DNA of 63,857 bases, counting the filler, from Phoronis australis (lineage: Eukaryota > Animalia > Phoronida): the NCBI GenBank assembly GCA_002633005.1. It is 13 parts of 13 records of this genome, joined end to end, with 100 filler letters (N's around TTAATTAATTAA, not from the genome) between each part and the next. Parts side by side here need not be neighbours in the genome. Positions count along the whole stretch, not along the records: positions 24,032 to 26,617 come from NMRA01003584.1; positions 26,718 to 30,199 come from NMRA01002994.1; positions 30,300 to 34,719 come from NMRA01002596.1; positions 34,820 to 59,896 come from NMRA01000426.1; 9 more parts are not named here. One strand, written 5' to 3'. Below the pieces are notes generated by a model that was given only the letters and a program-made list of their open reading frames with translations, made no database searches and was not told the DNA's origin. Shown in pieces: positions 25,027 through 36,055 of this stretch. Each line of letters opens with the position of its first letter. Within the stretch, counting starts at the first letter, position 1. Position numbers and translations under genes: made by a program.

Positions 25027-26013
25027 CCCCCCCCCCCTTAGCTGCCGCAAAAAAAATAAAACAGCAAGAGCGTAGGGAAATGTTGAGTTTATTAATTAAC
25101 CCCGGTAATTAAAATTATACGGATGAAACAAGATTTAAATGTGTGCAGTTTTAGTGTTGGGGGGGGCTCAGACCCAATTTCAAGTGTCAAATTCGGAACA
25201 CGGCGCATTCGTAACAGAACTATGGCTAAGTTTTGGCTCTCCCGCGATATCCCGGGCGACCGGCATTGTCGCTGCGCACTATGACTCCGTTTCCGTCGTC
25301 TGCTCCACTGTGCAATGAAGAAAATTTACTTCATCTTTTAAAGAAAATGGAACCTGAATGACGATGAAAAAACAGAAGCTGCTGGTAAGATGTGAATTTT
25401 AATCGAAGCCTTGGTGAACTACTCAGAAACTCATAATTCTCTCCTTGTCAAACCTTAAGACGATTTCCAAAGCAATCCCGTCATTATTGCCAACACGAAA
25501 AACGGATTTGGTCTTTTGGGCAATTGAATATTGAACAAATTTGTTACGAACCGATTGCACAAAATATAAAACGTGTAATAAGCATTACAAAAAGAAGTAG
25601 GTTTCGCGCGCAAACGCTGTGGACCATAAACAAGTAGGTCTCTTAGCATAAATGTAGTAGTTAAATCGTGGTGGTGTAGTGGAAAAGCACGCGCTCACTA
25701 ATCGCCAGGTCGTGAGTTCGAGTCTGTAATACTTGCTGTTTTTCCTGTTTGACATGTTTTCCGTGTGTGTGTGTTTTTTTTTTGCCTTTTTTCTTGGATA
25801 ATACTTCAGGAATCAAGGAAAATGCTTGATTTTTAGAGGAAAAAACAGAAAAATTTCCCCTCCCGACCTCCCCCCATTCGGTGTTATGTGCATCTACAAT
25901 CGTCGTTGGGCGCAAATGCTTACAGCCGGAACAATCGTGGTGCAGTTTGCGCAAATGCTTACAGCCGGACAAAATTTTGGGCCCCCCCTTGTGATATCCT
26001 AGATCCGCCACTG
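25027..26013 (-). mobile_element. Inverted copy of the 21752-22775 hAT-like element
   Basis: Reverse-complement alignment over about 1 kb. Ends ctagatccgccactg at 26013; the far TIR is lost at a poly-C run. Confidence 0.88.
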
Positions 26014-26886
26014 ATTATGCAAATGAGATTCTAGTCAGTACAAGTTTGTACTTGATAACCCCTAGATTCGGGCAAAAACTCGTGTAAAAACTTGGGATTT
26101 CGAGTTAAAAAATTGAAATTTGTCTTCAAGTTTGACCTCGAGGAAAAAGATTAGCCCACAAGCCCATGTCGTTTTGCCTGAAAACTTTTGTAGTGTACCG
26201 TTCCACCGATTAAATGGAAAACTAGTGAAATTGCTCATTACACTTCCAAGACTTGTGTTAGTAACATGGCAGACTACTGTAGTTTTTACGTACGAATTGC
26301 AATGTTGAGGTGTTTTGCGAAAAATGGCAACTAGTAATCAGCAGGACCAAACTTGTGATTCAGTTTCCAGAGGTTACCTACGTATTTATGAAAATTGGTC
26401 CACCATTCATAAAGAACGAACTGAAGCTGATCCCTGTTTAATATCTTAGTACTTCCGATATCTTGGTACTTGCTCCACTACTAAATGTGTTTGGGCTAAA
26501 TTTCAAATATAGCTTTAAACAAGGAAAGGCCCGTTTTTGTTGAAACAGTGTACCTCAAAAATTTTAAGTGTTCTTGCAAATGTTTGGTTATATGAAACTG
26601 TTGATGTTAATGTATGGNNNNNNNNNNNNNNNNNNNNNNNNNNNNNNNNNNNNNNNNNNNNTTAATTAATTAANNNNNNNNNNNNNNNNNNNNNNNNNNN
26701 NNNNNNNNNNNNNNNNNGAGTGCGAGTGCTCAGGGGGGCTTGGTAGCACTGGATTGTTTGGAGAGGTGGGATGGATCCATAGGGGGCTTTCCCTCGGCTG
26801 TCGATTTTGTGGACACTGAAGCAGAAGTTGGACCAGGGATCACACGAGGAACAGAGGTTTTGGTTGCATCAGATGACTCAGAGCAG

Positions 26887-27480
26887 TTAAAAGATGAATG
26901 ACTCTACCTCTGGATTCACAGGAATCTTGGAGTCACAAAAGGAGTTGGTGGATTCAGGGTCTTTTGAACTTTGACGTGGCTCTGATGACTTCAAATAAGG
27001 CTTCAGTTGGACTACAGGTACCCTTTGGGCCATGCGTACGCCATTCCCATCCATCAAAGTGGCAGACTGTTCCCCAAGTTCTGCAATGGTGTACGGACCC
27101 TTCCATTCGTCGTCAAGACGCATGCCCTTCCGACCTTGTTTCCTCGTGTTTTTGACCAATACTTCCATCCCCGCAGCGAAGTCAAAACACTTTGCTCCCC
27201 TTGACTTCTTCAGCGCATTTTCGTCAACAATTTCCTTGACCCTCTCCATCACCTCAATTCTCTTTTGAACCTCCTCTTCAGTAACACCATCAGCTCGGTA
27301 TGATTCTGCCCCAGTCTCTGTCTCAGGTCTAGTTTCTCGGTGTGCTATCTTTGAAAAAAAACATGCAGAACGATTGAACATCAGATAAAAAGGAGAATAA
27401 TGAGTGGAGCTTTGAATCACTGTATTAATGCCAAGCACAGTCGTCTCAATGTGCTGGTCCCAGTCAGTCTTGCTCTCACT
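26887..27480 (-). mobile_element. Ginger1/Gypsy-type integrase C-terminal fragment (GPY/F module)
   Basis: DWDQHIETTVLGINTVIQSSTHYSPFYLMFNR ... FAAGMEVLVKNTRKQGRKGMRLDDEWKGPYTI ... LKPY. No RT or LTR nearby. Confidence 0.85.
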
Positions 27481-27484
27481 GGAC

Positions 27485-27830
27485 TTTGTTGAAGCGAGAA
27501 CCATTTTTCTATTGGATCTTGGTTGAACCTTTCGCTCAACACAAATTTAGTACCTTTCTCTTACTCAAACTGTTCGACTGCCACCAGAATACACAATGAT
27601 AAGTAGACTTTGCATGAACAGTCTGAACATTAAACTCAAGATCATTTAATGGTAAAAGTACAACTTTGAAGCATTGTTTGAGCTTGATGACAACTTTCAC
27701 TTTGTACAACTTAAAATTTATAGATAGCAACCCATGCCTAGTTGGCGTAGACAAAACAATTTCTTTCTTATTTTTTGTACAAAAGGCTTTCTTCTCCCTC
27801 TCAGCCTGCTTTGAGTCTACATATTGGCTA
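27485..27830 (-). pseudogene. P-element/THAP9-type transposase fragment
   Basis: GTKFVLSERFNQDPIEKWFSLQ (about 27490-27555) carries the QDP(L/I)E..F catalytic-Glu motif. Upstream on the same strand, ERE..AFCTKNKKEIVLSTPTRHGL fits the preceding conserved block. An in-frame stop is present. Confidence 0.65.
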
Positions 27831-28029
27831 ATGGGGTTCATGTCCTCAACTTGTATTGTACAAGTTGAAGTGACTACAAACCTTTTTCTTGTGTTGAAAA
27901 CGTTTGATAGAAGCCAGGGTTTTATTGCCATGTTAAACAGTCTCAGAAGGTGTAATATCTTTATATTTTTCATACTAATTTTACATTTTTGATCATTAAA
28001 ACATGATGAAATGCCATAAGTCCGTGATA

Positions 28030-28423
28030 ATTATCCAAGGAAAAGTAATTACTGGTTGTGTGTTTGCATACTTCCTTCCCGTCCTCAACATTGTCTGACA
28101 CACCTTGAGAGTCGTCCATCATCATCATTGATCTAATGGATCTTCGTCTGGTGGACAGATGTCCCCCTTTTTCAATCCCAGTGTTATGTAAAATTGCATA
28201 GGCGTAAATAGATAGCTAGATCTGCTGAGAAGAAACTCACAACTCACCATGAAGATATTAGAAATGACGCTTTAAAATACTAAAGGTTTACTCAGTTAAC
28301 ACTCTCGCCCGCATAATGCATGATAAAAGACTTCTGGATTACCGTCAGGATTAATAAAAAGTGTCATGAGAAGTCTGGCAAGGCTATCCTGAGGCTCCTA
28401 GTAAGAATCCTCTGTGTTCACCT
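28030..28423 (-). pseudogene. PIF/Harbinger (HARBI1-like) transposase, decayed C-terminal exon
   Basis: After acceptor tttattcag: RGFLLGASG*PC...LMT...NP...RVLTE*TFSILKRHF*YLHGEL...YAILHNTGIEKGD...DGKEV...NYF, matching LLGDSGY, IE..FG.LKRRF and LHN. A weaker HTH-like exon lies at 29847-29983. Confidence 0.8.
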
Positions 28424-28709
28424 GAATAAAGACATAAAAACAATTGATAACTAATAAAACTCTTGATGTCATTTACATTAATTATTTCACTGATCTTCAG
28501 TCATCTAGGCAAATGAATGTAAAATTATAAAACCTATCATGTATGATATATGAAACGACAACAATGACTTTAAACATGAATATAAAGTAGCACATAAAAG
28601 AGCACAATTTTCAGTAGAAAGTGTCATGGGGAACTATGCCTCTATAAAATGTTGTCAAACTAAATGAAATACACGTGTATTACAAAATGTGAACATTATT
28701 TATCTAACA

Positions 28710-28960
28710 GTAAGGTTCGAACCAAGTATCTTGTGAATTTATATCAAAAAACTTATTATTAATGCTTCAAGAATTTTCAGAGGAAGTACTTTACAGTGGT
28801 ATTGCCAACGATGTCGGAACGGGTAATTTTCCTTTTGTGGTGCATGTGAAAGTGGTCCTTAATGGAATCACTTTGCAGATGCATAGACAACCTGTGAGAC
28901 AAAAACAAGTTGTATAGCCAACATATCTTGAACTACCAGTGTTTGAACAAATATATATGT
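28710..28960 (-). pseudogene. Penelope-like GIY-YIG endonuclease fragment
   Basis: RYVGYTT..LSHRLSMHLQSDSIKDHFHMHHKRKITRSDIVGNTTV...LKILEALII..INSQ, with frameshifts. Confidence 0.72.
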
Positions 28961-29016
28961 TCTGAGGCCAAGTGAACTATTAAATCATGTCAGTTTTGGC
29001 CAACATTCGTGCCATT

Positions 29017-29302
29017 GTGAGAAGCAAAAAGCTAACACGACTGGGGCCAATAATGAAATTCGAACAAACTTTACTACATATTCAAACCAAAATCGCTTTC
29101 AAAATCTACGATTTTTGGAGCACAGCTGCGAAAGTTAGTACAGTTCATATTCATCATGTCTAATGAAAGTCTTGAAGACAAAAACACATGCTCTTTTACT
29201 TGGTTAACTGTGAGAAGCAAAAAGCTAACACGACTGGGGCCAATAATGAAATTCGCACAAATTTCACTACATATTCAAACCAAAATCGCTTTCAAAATCT
29301 AC
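29017..29302. repeat. Direct duplication of about 93 bp
   Basis: tgtgagaagcaaaaagctaacacgactggggccaataatgaaattcg...caaaatcgctttcaaaatctac at about 29017-29110 and 29209-29302. Confidence 0.9.
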
Positions 29303-30299
29303 ATTTCTCGGAGTCTGTCTATATGATTGTACAAAACACTTTCGCAATATCTATTGATTACCTACAAGACCTAAAAACTATCATATCTAGGTACCAATTT
29401 GAAAACTTCACAAGCGTGTATGTCATCATGTTGATCAAGTCTTTGCCATACACCAACGCGGCTGGAAATGAAGACAAAAATAAGTTAAAAACAAGAAATC
29501 AGCACAACATGATGTCAAGAACTTTTTGACGATGGGACAAACTTGCATTACTCGTTAGGACTGATTTTTAGTAATGGCATCCAGATAGATGTAATTTTTG
29601 ACAGTCAGTGAACATTTTTCATATGTCATTAGATATATATGTAGCAAACAGAATTTAATAAACCACAGAAATTTAATTTTCTGATTCCTCAACAAACAAC
29701 GACCAATCAAATATGATATATGAGAATTAAGACTTCAAAACTTAAAAACATCTAAGGAAGGTTCAAAACTACCAAATACTGCAAAGGCCATTGATTGGAA
29801 AACAGAGAATACACAAATTAAAATTAAAGCATGCAAAAGTATTTACCCTGCTGATGAAGCCTGATGGGAGTTCCCACCACATGGAAAGCAGAAGAATGAC
29901 TTGAATGGGTTTATCCCAATAGCACCGCCAATCCTATAATCCCCCTTCTAATGTCCCTGAAGATTTAGTACCACCAGTGGAGCTGTGAAGCAGATAAAAG
30001 GGAATTGTACCCCATGTCCAGAGTTGTCTATAAATGCACTAAGTATTTCTTATGGTCACCCAACCGTACACAGGCACCACATAGCTTTCGTATATAACTA
30101 CTCCCGATCACTAGTACTTTTGTTGGCATGGTCATGGTGAACTAAGAATTTTGATTGAGTTGTCTCCTTTTATACACATGTTGTATGTAGTAGCATCCTN
30201 NNNNNNNNNNNNNNNNNNNNNNNNNNNNNNNNNNNNNNNNNNNTTAATTAATTAANNNNNNNNNNNNNNNNNNNNNNNNNNNNNNNNNNNNNNNNNNNN

Positions 30300-32709
30300 G
30301 GGTTTAAACCCCCCCTCGGGCCAGGACCCAAAAATTAAAAACAAAACAAAACAAAAGCGTCTCCAGCAAAACAAAAACGGCACCGCCAGCGTGTGTAAAC
30401 CCCAAGTAAACCAACTTGGAAAAAATTGAGGGGAGGGGGTTCACTCTGAAAATATAGTTTGTGAATTGCTGAGTCTTTGTAGCTCATTGGCAAAACGCGC
30501 GGGGATTTATTGTGCGCGCGCTTCCGTCGACACTTCTGAAGTAGACAAGCATTTTAGATGGATTCACCGCAGTTCTAAAGCTGATTTCTTTAGGTAACTA
30601 GCTTCTTTACTCTAAGATATATTTTGATTTGATTAGGGAAATACTGCGGTGCCGCAACCCTGATATTCAGGCGAATTGACGTGCAACTTTTTTTCCTCAT
30701 TTGTCATGCCGTGTCATTCTATTACACTCAACACGTTTGATACTGATGTATAGTAAAGTTGTCTTGCGCAATATCATACAGTGTACATGTACATGTAATA
30801 TTGTGTACATGTACATGTAATATTTTTGAAAAAAGTTCTTTTTCCGAAGAATTGCTATTGTGGCGGGCGCCGTGGTCTGGTCGCGAGTCCGTTTGAAGAC
30901 NACAAGTTATGTCTATACCAGGAATGACCAAGGGGGCACTCACATTGAGAAAGTGACCGCATTCGCGAAAAGTGTACAGCACCAGAAATTGCGGGGAGGC
31001 TGTTCTTTCACAACAATTAAAGTCTTGCGGGACTCGTGCGATGTTCAATAGGCCTCCTAAGGATCCCTAGTTCCGACCTCAACACCTACCGTCTGTCTAC
31101 CTGCAATAAGCACACTGCCGTCTTCTATACTGAGAATTTCCGCAGAAAGGCTCACCCGATGAAACGCTCATGCCCATGGGCATTTATTTGATATTAGTAC
31201 TTCGGGATTCAAGCGTTCAGACATTGGGACGTTTATTTCGAAAATTGCAAGAGATGCAAATAGGTCCTGGGATTCTTCGTCAAGTGTTGAAGTAGTCCAT
31301 GATGAACGGATCAAATTTAGTTGCGCATGTAAGTCTTTTGAATGGACTTGGCAACCTCAACGGTCTTAGTGTCAACTGAGCTGCGAAACGAGATGCTGAC
31401 ATTGTAGAGGCTTACCAAGCTCATTGACACAGCAGTTGACGAAGTGCAAGCGTTGGGAAAAAAACGTCGAAGATATCTGGGTAGAATGGTTCCAAGACGA
31501 GCAAATCTTGGGATCCGATATACAAATTTCTCGGCAGTCTAGACAACAGAAGGATAGGACTAACGTATGAGTAACCACTGGGGATTAAAATTTTAGAGAG
31601 AAGTTTTCAATTCAAAATTTTTTGCATAGTACACTTTAGGTCTCGCGACGGACCAGGCCAGCTTTATTTGTGAAGATGTTGAGTTTCAGTGTACTTCTGG
31701 TCCCTCGGCAACTTTAGGTCTCGCGACGGACCAGGCCAGCTTGATTTGTGAAGATGTTGAGTTTCAGTGTACACTGTACTTCTGGTTCCTCTGCGAACTA
31801 GTCTTGCGATTTTTTTACAAAAGTGTGCTTTGTAAAGCTATTTATCTCAGCCAGTACTGTTTGATCCCGCGACAGAGTGACTATTTTTATAGGGATAATA
31901 AGCACAAGTGTACTCTTGGTCTCGTTACGGACCAGGTCAGCTTTTTGTGTACTCTCAGTGTACATCTGGTCCCTCTGGAAACTAGTCCAGTGTATCTTTT
32001 CACCACTGTGCACAGGATGATTTGGTTTCGTGAAACTGTTTTCAGATGATTTGTTTCCTGATAGATTCGATGTTTTTCAATTGTTGTCAACGTGATTCAG
32101 CTTAATAAAGTGATACCTAATTATTTATTGTCGCTTTTGATAATAGACTATGAGTTGAGAGCACCACCGTTTGCCAGTTTTTCTCGTAACGAGACAGAAC
32201 ACGTGTTTATTTCCGAACTAACAGTACAGGTCTTCGTTCTTAAACAACTTGAGGCTGCTGTTACGCGATCATCTGATACTCAAGTTGTTACGCCCCGTCG
32301 GTGCTCCTTAATTATGCTCTTGAATATTTGGAAATTGTCTAAACCCCTGTATACACAGCACACTTTTTCGTATACGACTTTTCGTGTATGTAAGCAGATG
32401 TTCCAACAAAAATTTTTGCTGGTGGCGTGACTCATACCCAGATGTGCACAATATGGTTTCACACCTTATGTGCCAAGTTCATGTGACGAAATCGAGAACG
32501 GTTTTTAATTATCTTAAGAAAAACTCCTGAGACATGTTAAGTGACAGAAACTTACCAGGATGCATGGAAATTGCACTATTTCGCTACAAAAACCAAAAAA
32601 ATATCTTACACGGGAGGGGGTTTCCCCCGCGCTCGGCGCTACGCGCCTAGGATTCGACCTTGGCGGGAATCCTAAACCCCCCCTTGCTGAAAATGTAGAT
32701 CCGCCACTG
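30300..32709 (+). mobile_element. Internally deleted hAT element with transposase remnant
   Basis: Left part is homologous to 23345-23931; right TIR gtagatccgccactg ends at 32709. About 31335-31525 encodes (with frameshifts) LNGLGNLNGLSV..DADIVEAYQLIDTAVDEVQALGKNVEDIWVEWF, typical of P52rIPK/ZMYM1-like hAT transposases. Internal direct repeats at 31633-31790. Confidence 0.65.
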
Positions 32710-33053
32710 AGATACAGTCAAACGTTCATACTCAGTCAATATGTGCAGTAGATACAGTCAAACGTTTATACTCAGTCAGTATGTGCAATAGATACAGTCA
32801 AACGCTCATACTCAGTCAGTATGTGCAGTAGATACAGTCAAATGTTCATACTCAGTCAGTATGTGCAATAGATACAGTCAAATGCTCATACTCAGTCAGT
32901 ATGTGCAGTAGATACAGTCAAACATTCACACTCAGTCAGTATGTGCAATAGATACAGTCAAACGTTCATACTCAGTCAGTATGTGCAGTAGATACAGTCA
33001 AGCGTTTATACTCAGTCAGTATGTGCAGTAGATACAGTCAAACGTTCATACTC
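32710..33053. repeat. Minisatellite, 40 bp x about 8.6
   Basis: agatacagtcaaacgttcatactcagtcagtatgtgca(g/a)t units, contiguous with no unique spacers. Confidence 0.95.
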
Positions 33054-33293
33054 GTCATTTGCTATATAAACACGTTACTGTTTCTTTCATGTTGATATAT
33101 GTCTTGAAGTTGATATAGTTTACCTCATTCTTATTGTATTCTGTCTGGTCTCTGTATGTGATATTTTGTTGTGAAAGCACACGGCTCTAGTGGTGGGTAT
33201 GTGCTGTGAACTGTGGTGTTAAGTTGGAGGTTCTGTGAACTATGGTGTTAAGTTTGATGTGCTGTGAACTGTAATGTTGTCTTCTTCAATCAG

Positions 33294-33407
33294 GATGAAG
33301 ATGAGGAAGATGAAGATGAGGAAGAAAAAAATGCCAAAACTGAAAAGAAGAAGGGCGAAGATGATAAAAAGGATAAAAAAGATGGAAAAGATCCCCCTCC
33401 CAAAAAG
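33294..33407 (+). CDS. Isolated 114-nt exon encoding an acidic/Lys-rich segment
   Basis: cttcttcaatcag acceptor and aag|gtgagt donor, phase 0/0. DEDEEDEDEEEKNAKTEKKKGEDDKKDKKDGKDPPPKK. Confidence 0.75.
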
Positions 33408-33440
33408 GTGAGTACAGTTTACAAGTGGTAATGTTGAACT

Positions 33441-33489
33441 TAGTTAGTGGAGGTCAGTTAGTGGAGGTCAGTTAGTGGAGGTCAGTTAG
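33441..33489. repeat. Tandem repeat, 14 bp x about 3.5
   Basis: agttagtggaggtc repeated. Confidence 0.85.
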
Positions 33490-34611
33490 AAGGTGAGGTG
33501 TTTGTGTATTCTCCTTATTAATTGTTGTTTATTTTTATTCTGAAACTATTTTCAGTTTTAAAATGGTGTAGCAAGTTTATACAGTACTGGCTCTGCACTT
33601 CTGGAGTTGTACAGCAAGTCAAATTGATATTCAGAATGTCACAAATACAGCAAACATGCCTTTGGAGTATATTTCTCGGGCAATTTCAAAACATATACTG
33701 GGATTTTAAAAAATGTAGCCAAGTTGCTTTAATACAGTAAACAATAGACTTACCTGGCAAGCTGAGGCATATATCCCCCTTTTAAAATAGGCCCCTACAC
33801 ACAAGTTGGAATATTCTAACCAATCATGTCAAGACACATGTAAAGTTATAACAGTGCCTGAATGCCATGACGTCATAGTATTTTATGACTTTAAATAATG
33901 ACACTCCAGTGTTATTGTTTGCCTTAAACTTGGCGCATGATGTAAATTTTGATGTTTTCTGTGTGTTATTTTTCTGCTTACTTTAGTTCTTTTTGCCAAC
34001 AAGAGCACGATCTCTTAGACCACGTTCGGCTCAGCGGCATATTATGTACAAGGTATCCCAGAGCAGTTGATATGTTATCTTGCTGTGCAATTTACGTTAA
34101 TGTTCTGTGTTTTGTTCTTAAAAATGCAGTTTTTAGTATTCAATTACTCAGGATTTACATTAAAATTCTGTTTTTGGAAGTTGTATACCTGAAAAACAAA
34201 CCTTTTTAAACCAGGATGGCAGCTTAACAAACAAAACAGACAAACAAAACGTTTATTTCAAAACTGATAGAACCATTGGCCCACAGTTCAAAAAAATAAT
34301 ATTCAAACAGTATAATCTGACTCGCTAATTCAGAAAATACTCATAATTTCGCTCCTAATTGCCATTGCTTGTTGAATGAAGGATGCTGTATTTCTTAAAA
34401 CATTCATAAAATCGGCAGCTTACTAGCAATGTGTTCTATAAATAGATGCCTTTAACTTGTCTGATGCCGTCAGTCCCAGACTAAAGCTCCACCAGATGGT
34501 ATGAGCTGTACCATATATATGCGTATATAGGCCCATATTCCTAAATCTGAAATAGTGAGTTATTTCAACAGATATTTTGTTCATGTGTCACACGACTGTG
34601 CTGCTATGCTT

Positions 34612-34719
34612 CACTTCTAGACACAAGTGACTGTTTCTTGTATGTGTTACACTTATAGACACAAGTGACTGTTTCTTGTATGTGTTACACTTCTAGACAC
34701 AAGTGACTGTTTCTTGTAT
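34612..34719. repeat. Tandem repeat, 38 bp x about 3, running into gap
   Basis: cactt(c/a)tagacacaagtgactgtttcttgtatgtgtta repeated. Confidence 0.9.
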
Positions 34720-34819
34720 NNNNNNNNNNNNNNNNNNNNNNNNNNNNNNNNNNNNNNNNNNNNTTAATTAATTAANNNNNNNNNNNNNNNNNNNNNNNNN
34801 NNNNNNNNNNNNNNNNNNN

Positions 34820-35787
34820 AGTTTTCCTTTCCTTGGTATTACTGTTGACAAAAACCTCTCATGGTCCCCCCACATTAACCTCATCTCAAACAAACTTAAC
34901 AATCTCGGTGGACTCTTATACAAATTGAAATCTTATCTTCCTCTTCCAGCTCTCAAGTTGATATATAATTCACTTGTCCTTCCACATTTAAACTATGGCA
35001 TTGCAACTTGGGGTTTTGGCAACACTAAGAAACTTCAGACAGCCCAGAAAAGAATCCTTAGGAATATATCAAATTCCAGTTATAATGCTCACTCTCTGCC
35101 TATATGTAAGGAACTTCGTCCCCTCTAGCCCAAGACATCTTTAAAATCTCAACTGCAAAATTTTACTACAAATTCCTCAATAACCAGCTTCCTAAGTATT
35201 TTTACACTAACAACTTCTTTAGTAAACCCATCCAATATAAGCCAACCAGACACATTAAAACTCCTACATACCTGAATCAATACTCAGCTAATATACCGAC
35301 AATACAACCCAAAATTTTAATTCCTCCGTCCAACAAATTGTCATCAAGAGCCTGTATTAGATTTCAGATTCCTCGACTTATAAACGACAACGAAATACCA
35401 GTCTCTGCTCTAAATATAATAAAAACGCATTCTTTGCAAGCATTCTCCAGGTTGACCAATTTTATTATTAGCAACTACGACCCAGTTTGCCATATTTCCA
35501 ATTGCTTCATACTAAATATGTAACAGTATCAAATTGTATTCTCAAAATCTCCTGAGCTGTGCCAGTTTACTTCTTGGTTCCTGGCGTGTCGGTCGTTTTC
35601 AGCACTAATTCACTGTTTTCTTAAGTATTCCTACTGATTTTTGCATTTCCATTTGATCTTGTACAGGGGAAATTCTTATTAGCGGTCAATAACCTTTAGA
35701 AGACCTCCTAATTGAAATGAAATTTTAATCAATGTATTATAGTTATGTAGTGTAAATAAAAGCGTTTTCTCTCTCTCTCTCTCTCTC
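34820..35787 (+). mobile_element. Non-LTR retrotransposon (CR1/L2/Crack group), 3' end of ORF2 plus 3' UTR and tail
   Basis: FLGITVDKNLSWSPHI...LKLIYNSLVLPHLNYGIATWG...LQTAQKRILRNISNSSYNAHSLPICKEL...FYYKFLNNQLPKYF...C.ISNCF, with stop/frameshifts. Ends AATAAA plus (CT)n. Confidence 0.88.
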
Positions 35788-35920
35788 GTAGCGCCAACCA
35801 CGTGAGGTGATCGTCCAGTGCACCGCGCTCGCTGGTTCCTTACGTGCTGGCTACTACATAGCAGCACGCAGGGAACCAGCGAGGTGCACTGAGATGAGCA
35901 GGGTGCCGGATGAGTAGGGA

Positions 35921-35975
35921 TGACGTCATAAATATACCCCTGATTCTTACGCAAGGTGTCGCTGGTAAAAATATA
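35921..35975 (+). promoter_or_regulatory. Candidate promoter of PLPP gene 1: CRE plus TATA-like elements
   Basis: Perfect TGACGTCA at 35921-35928, followed by ataaatata and taaaaatata, 80-135 bp upstream of the ATG. Confidence 0.35.
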
Positions 35976-36055
35976 CCCGGAAATATAGAATTTGGAATTC
36001 GGCCTTGCTTTGGTTGAGCCAGATTGTTCATGTTTTGACTGAAACCAGCCTGAAA

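Noticed and set aside
25668-25730. Genuine tRNA gene
   Set aside because: A and B boxes are present, but acceptor and anticodon stems do not pair and the two copies differ by indels. Treated as tRNA-derived only.
32710-33053. 40-bp periodic array (also 59663-59896, 14428-14519, 43701-43811) as CRISPR arrays
   Set aside because: Units are contiguous with no unique spacers, there are no cas genes and the context is eukaryotic. These are minisatellites.
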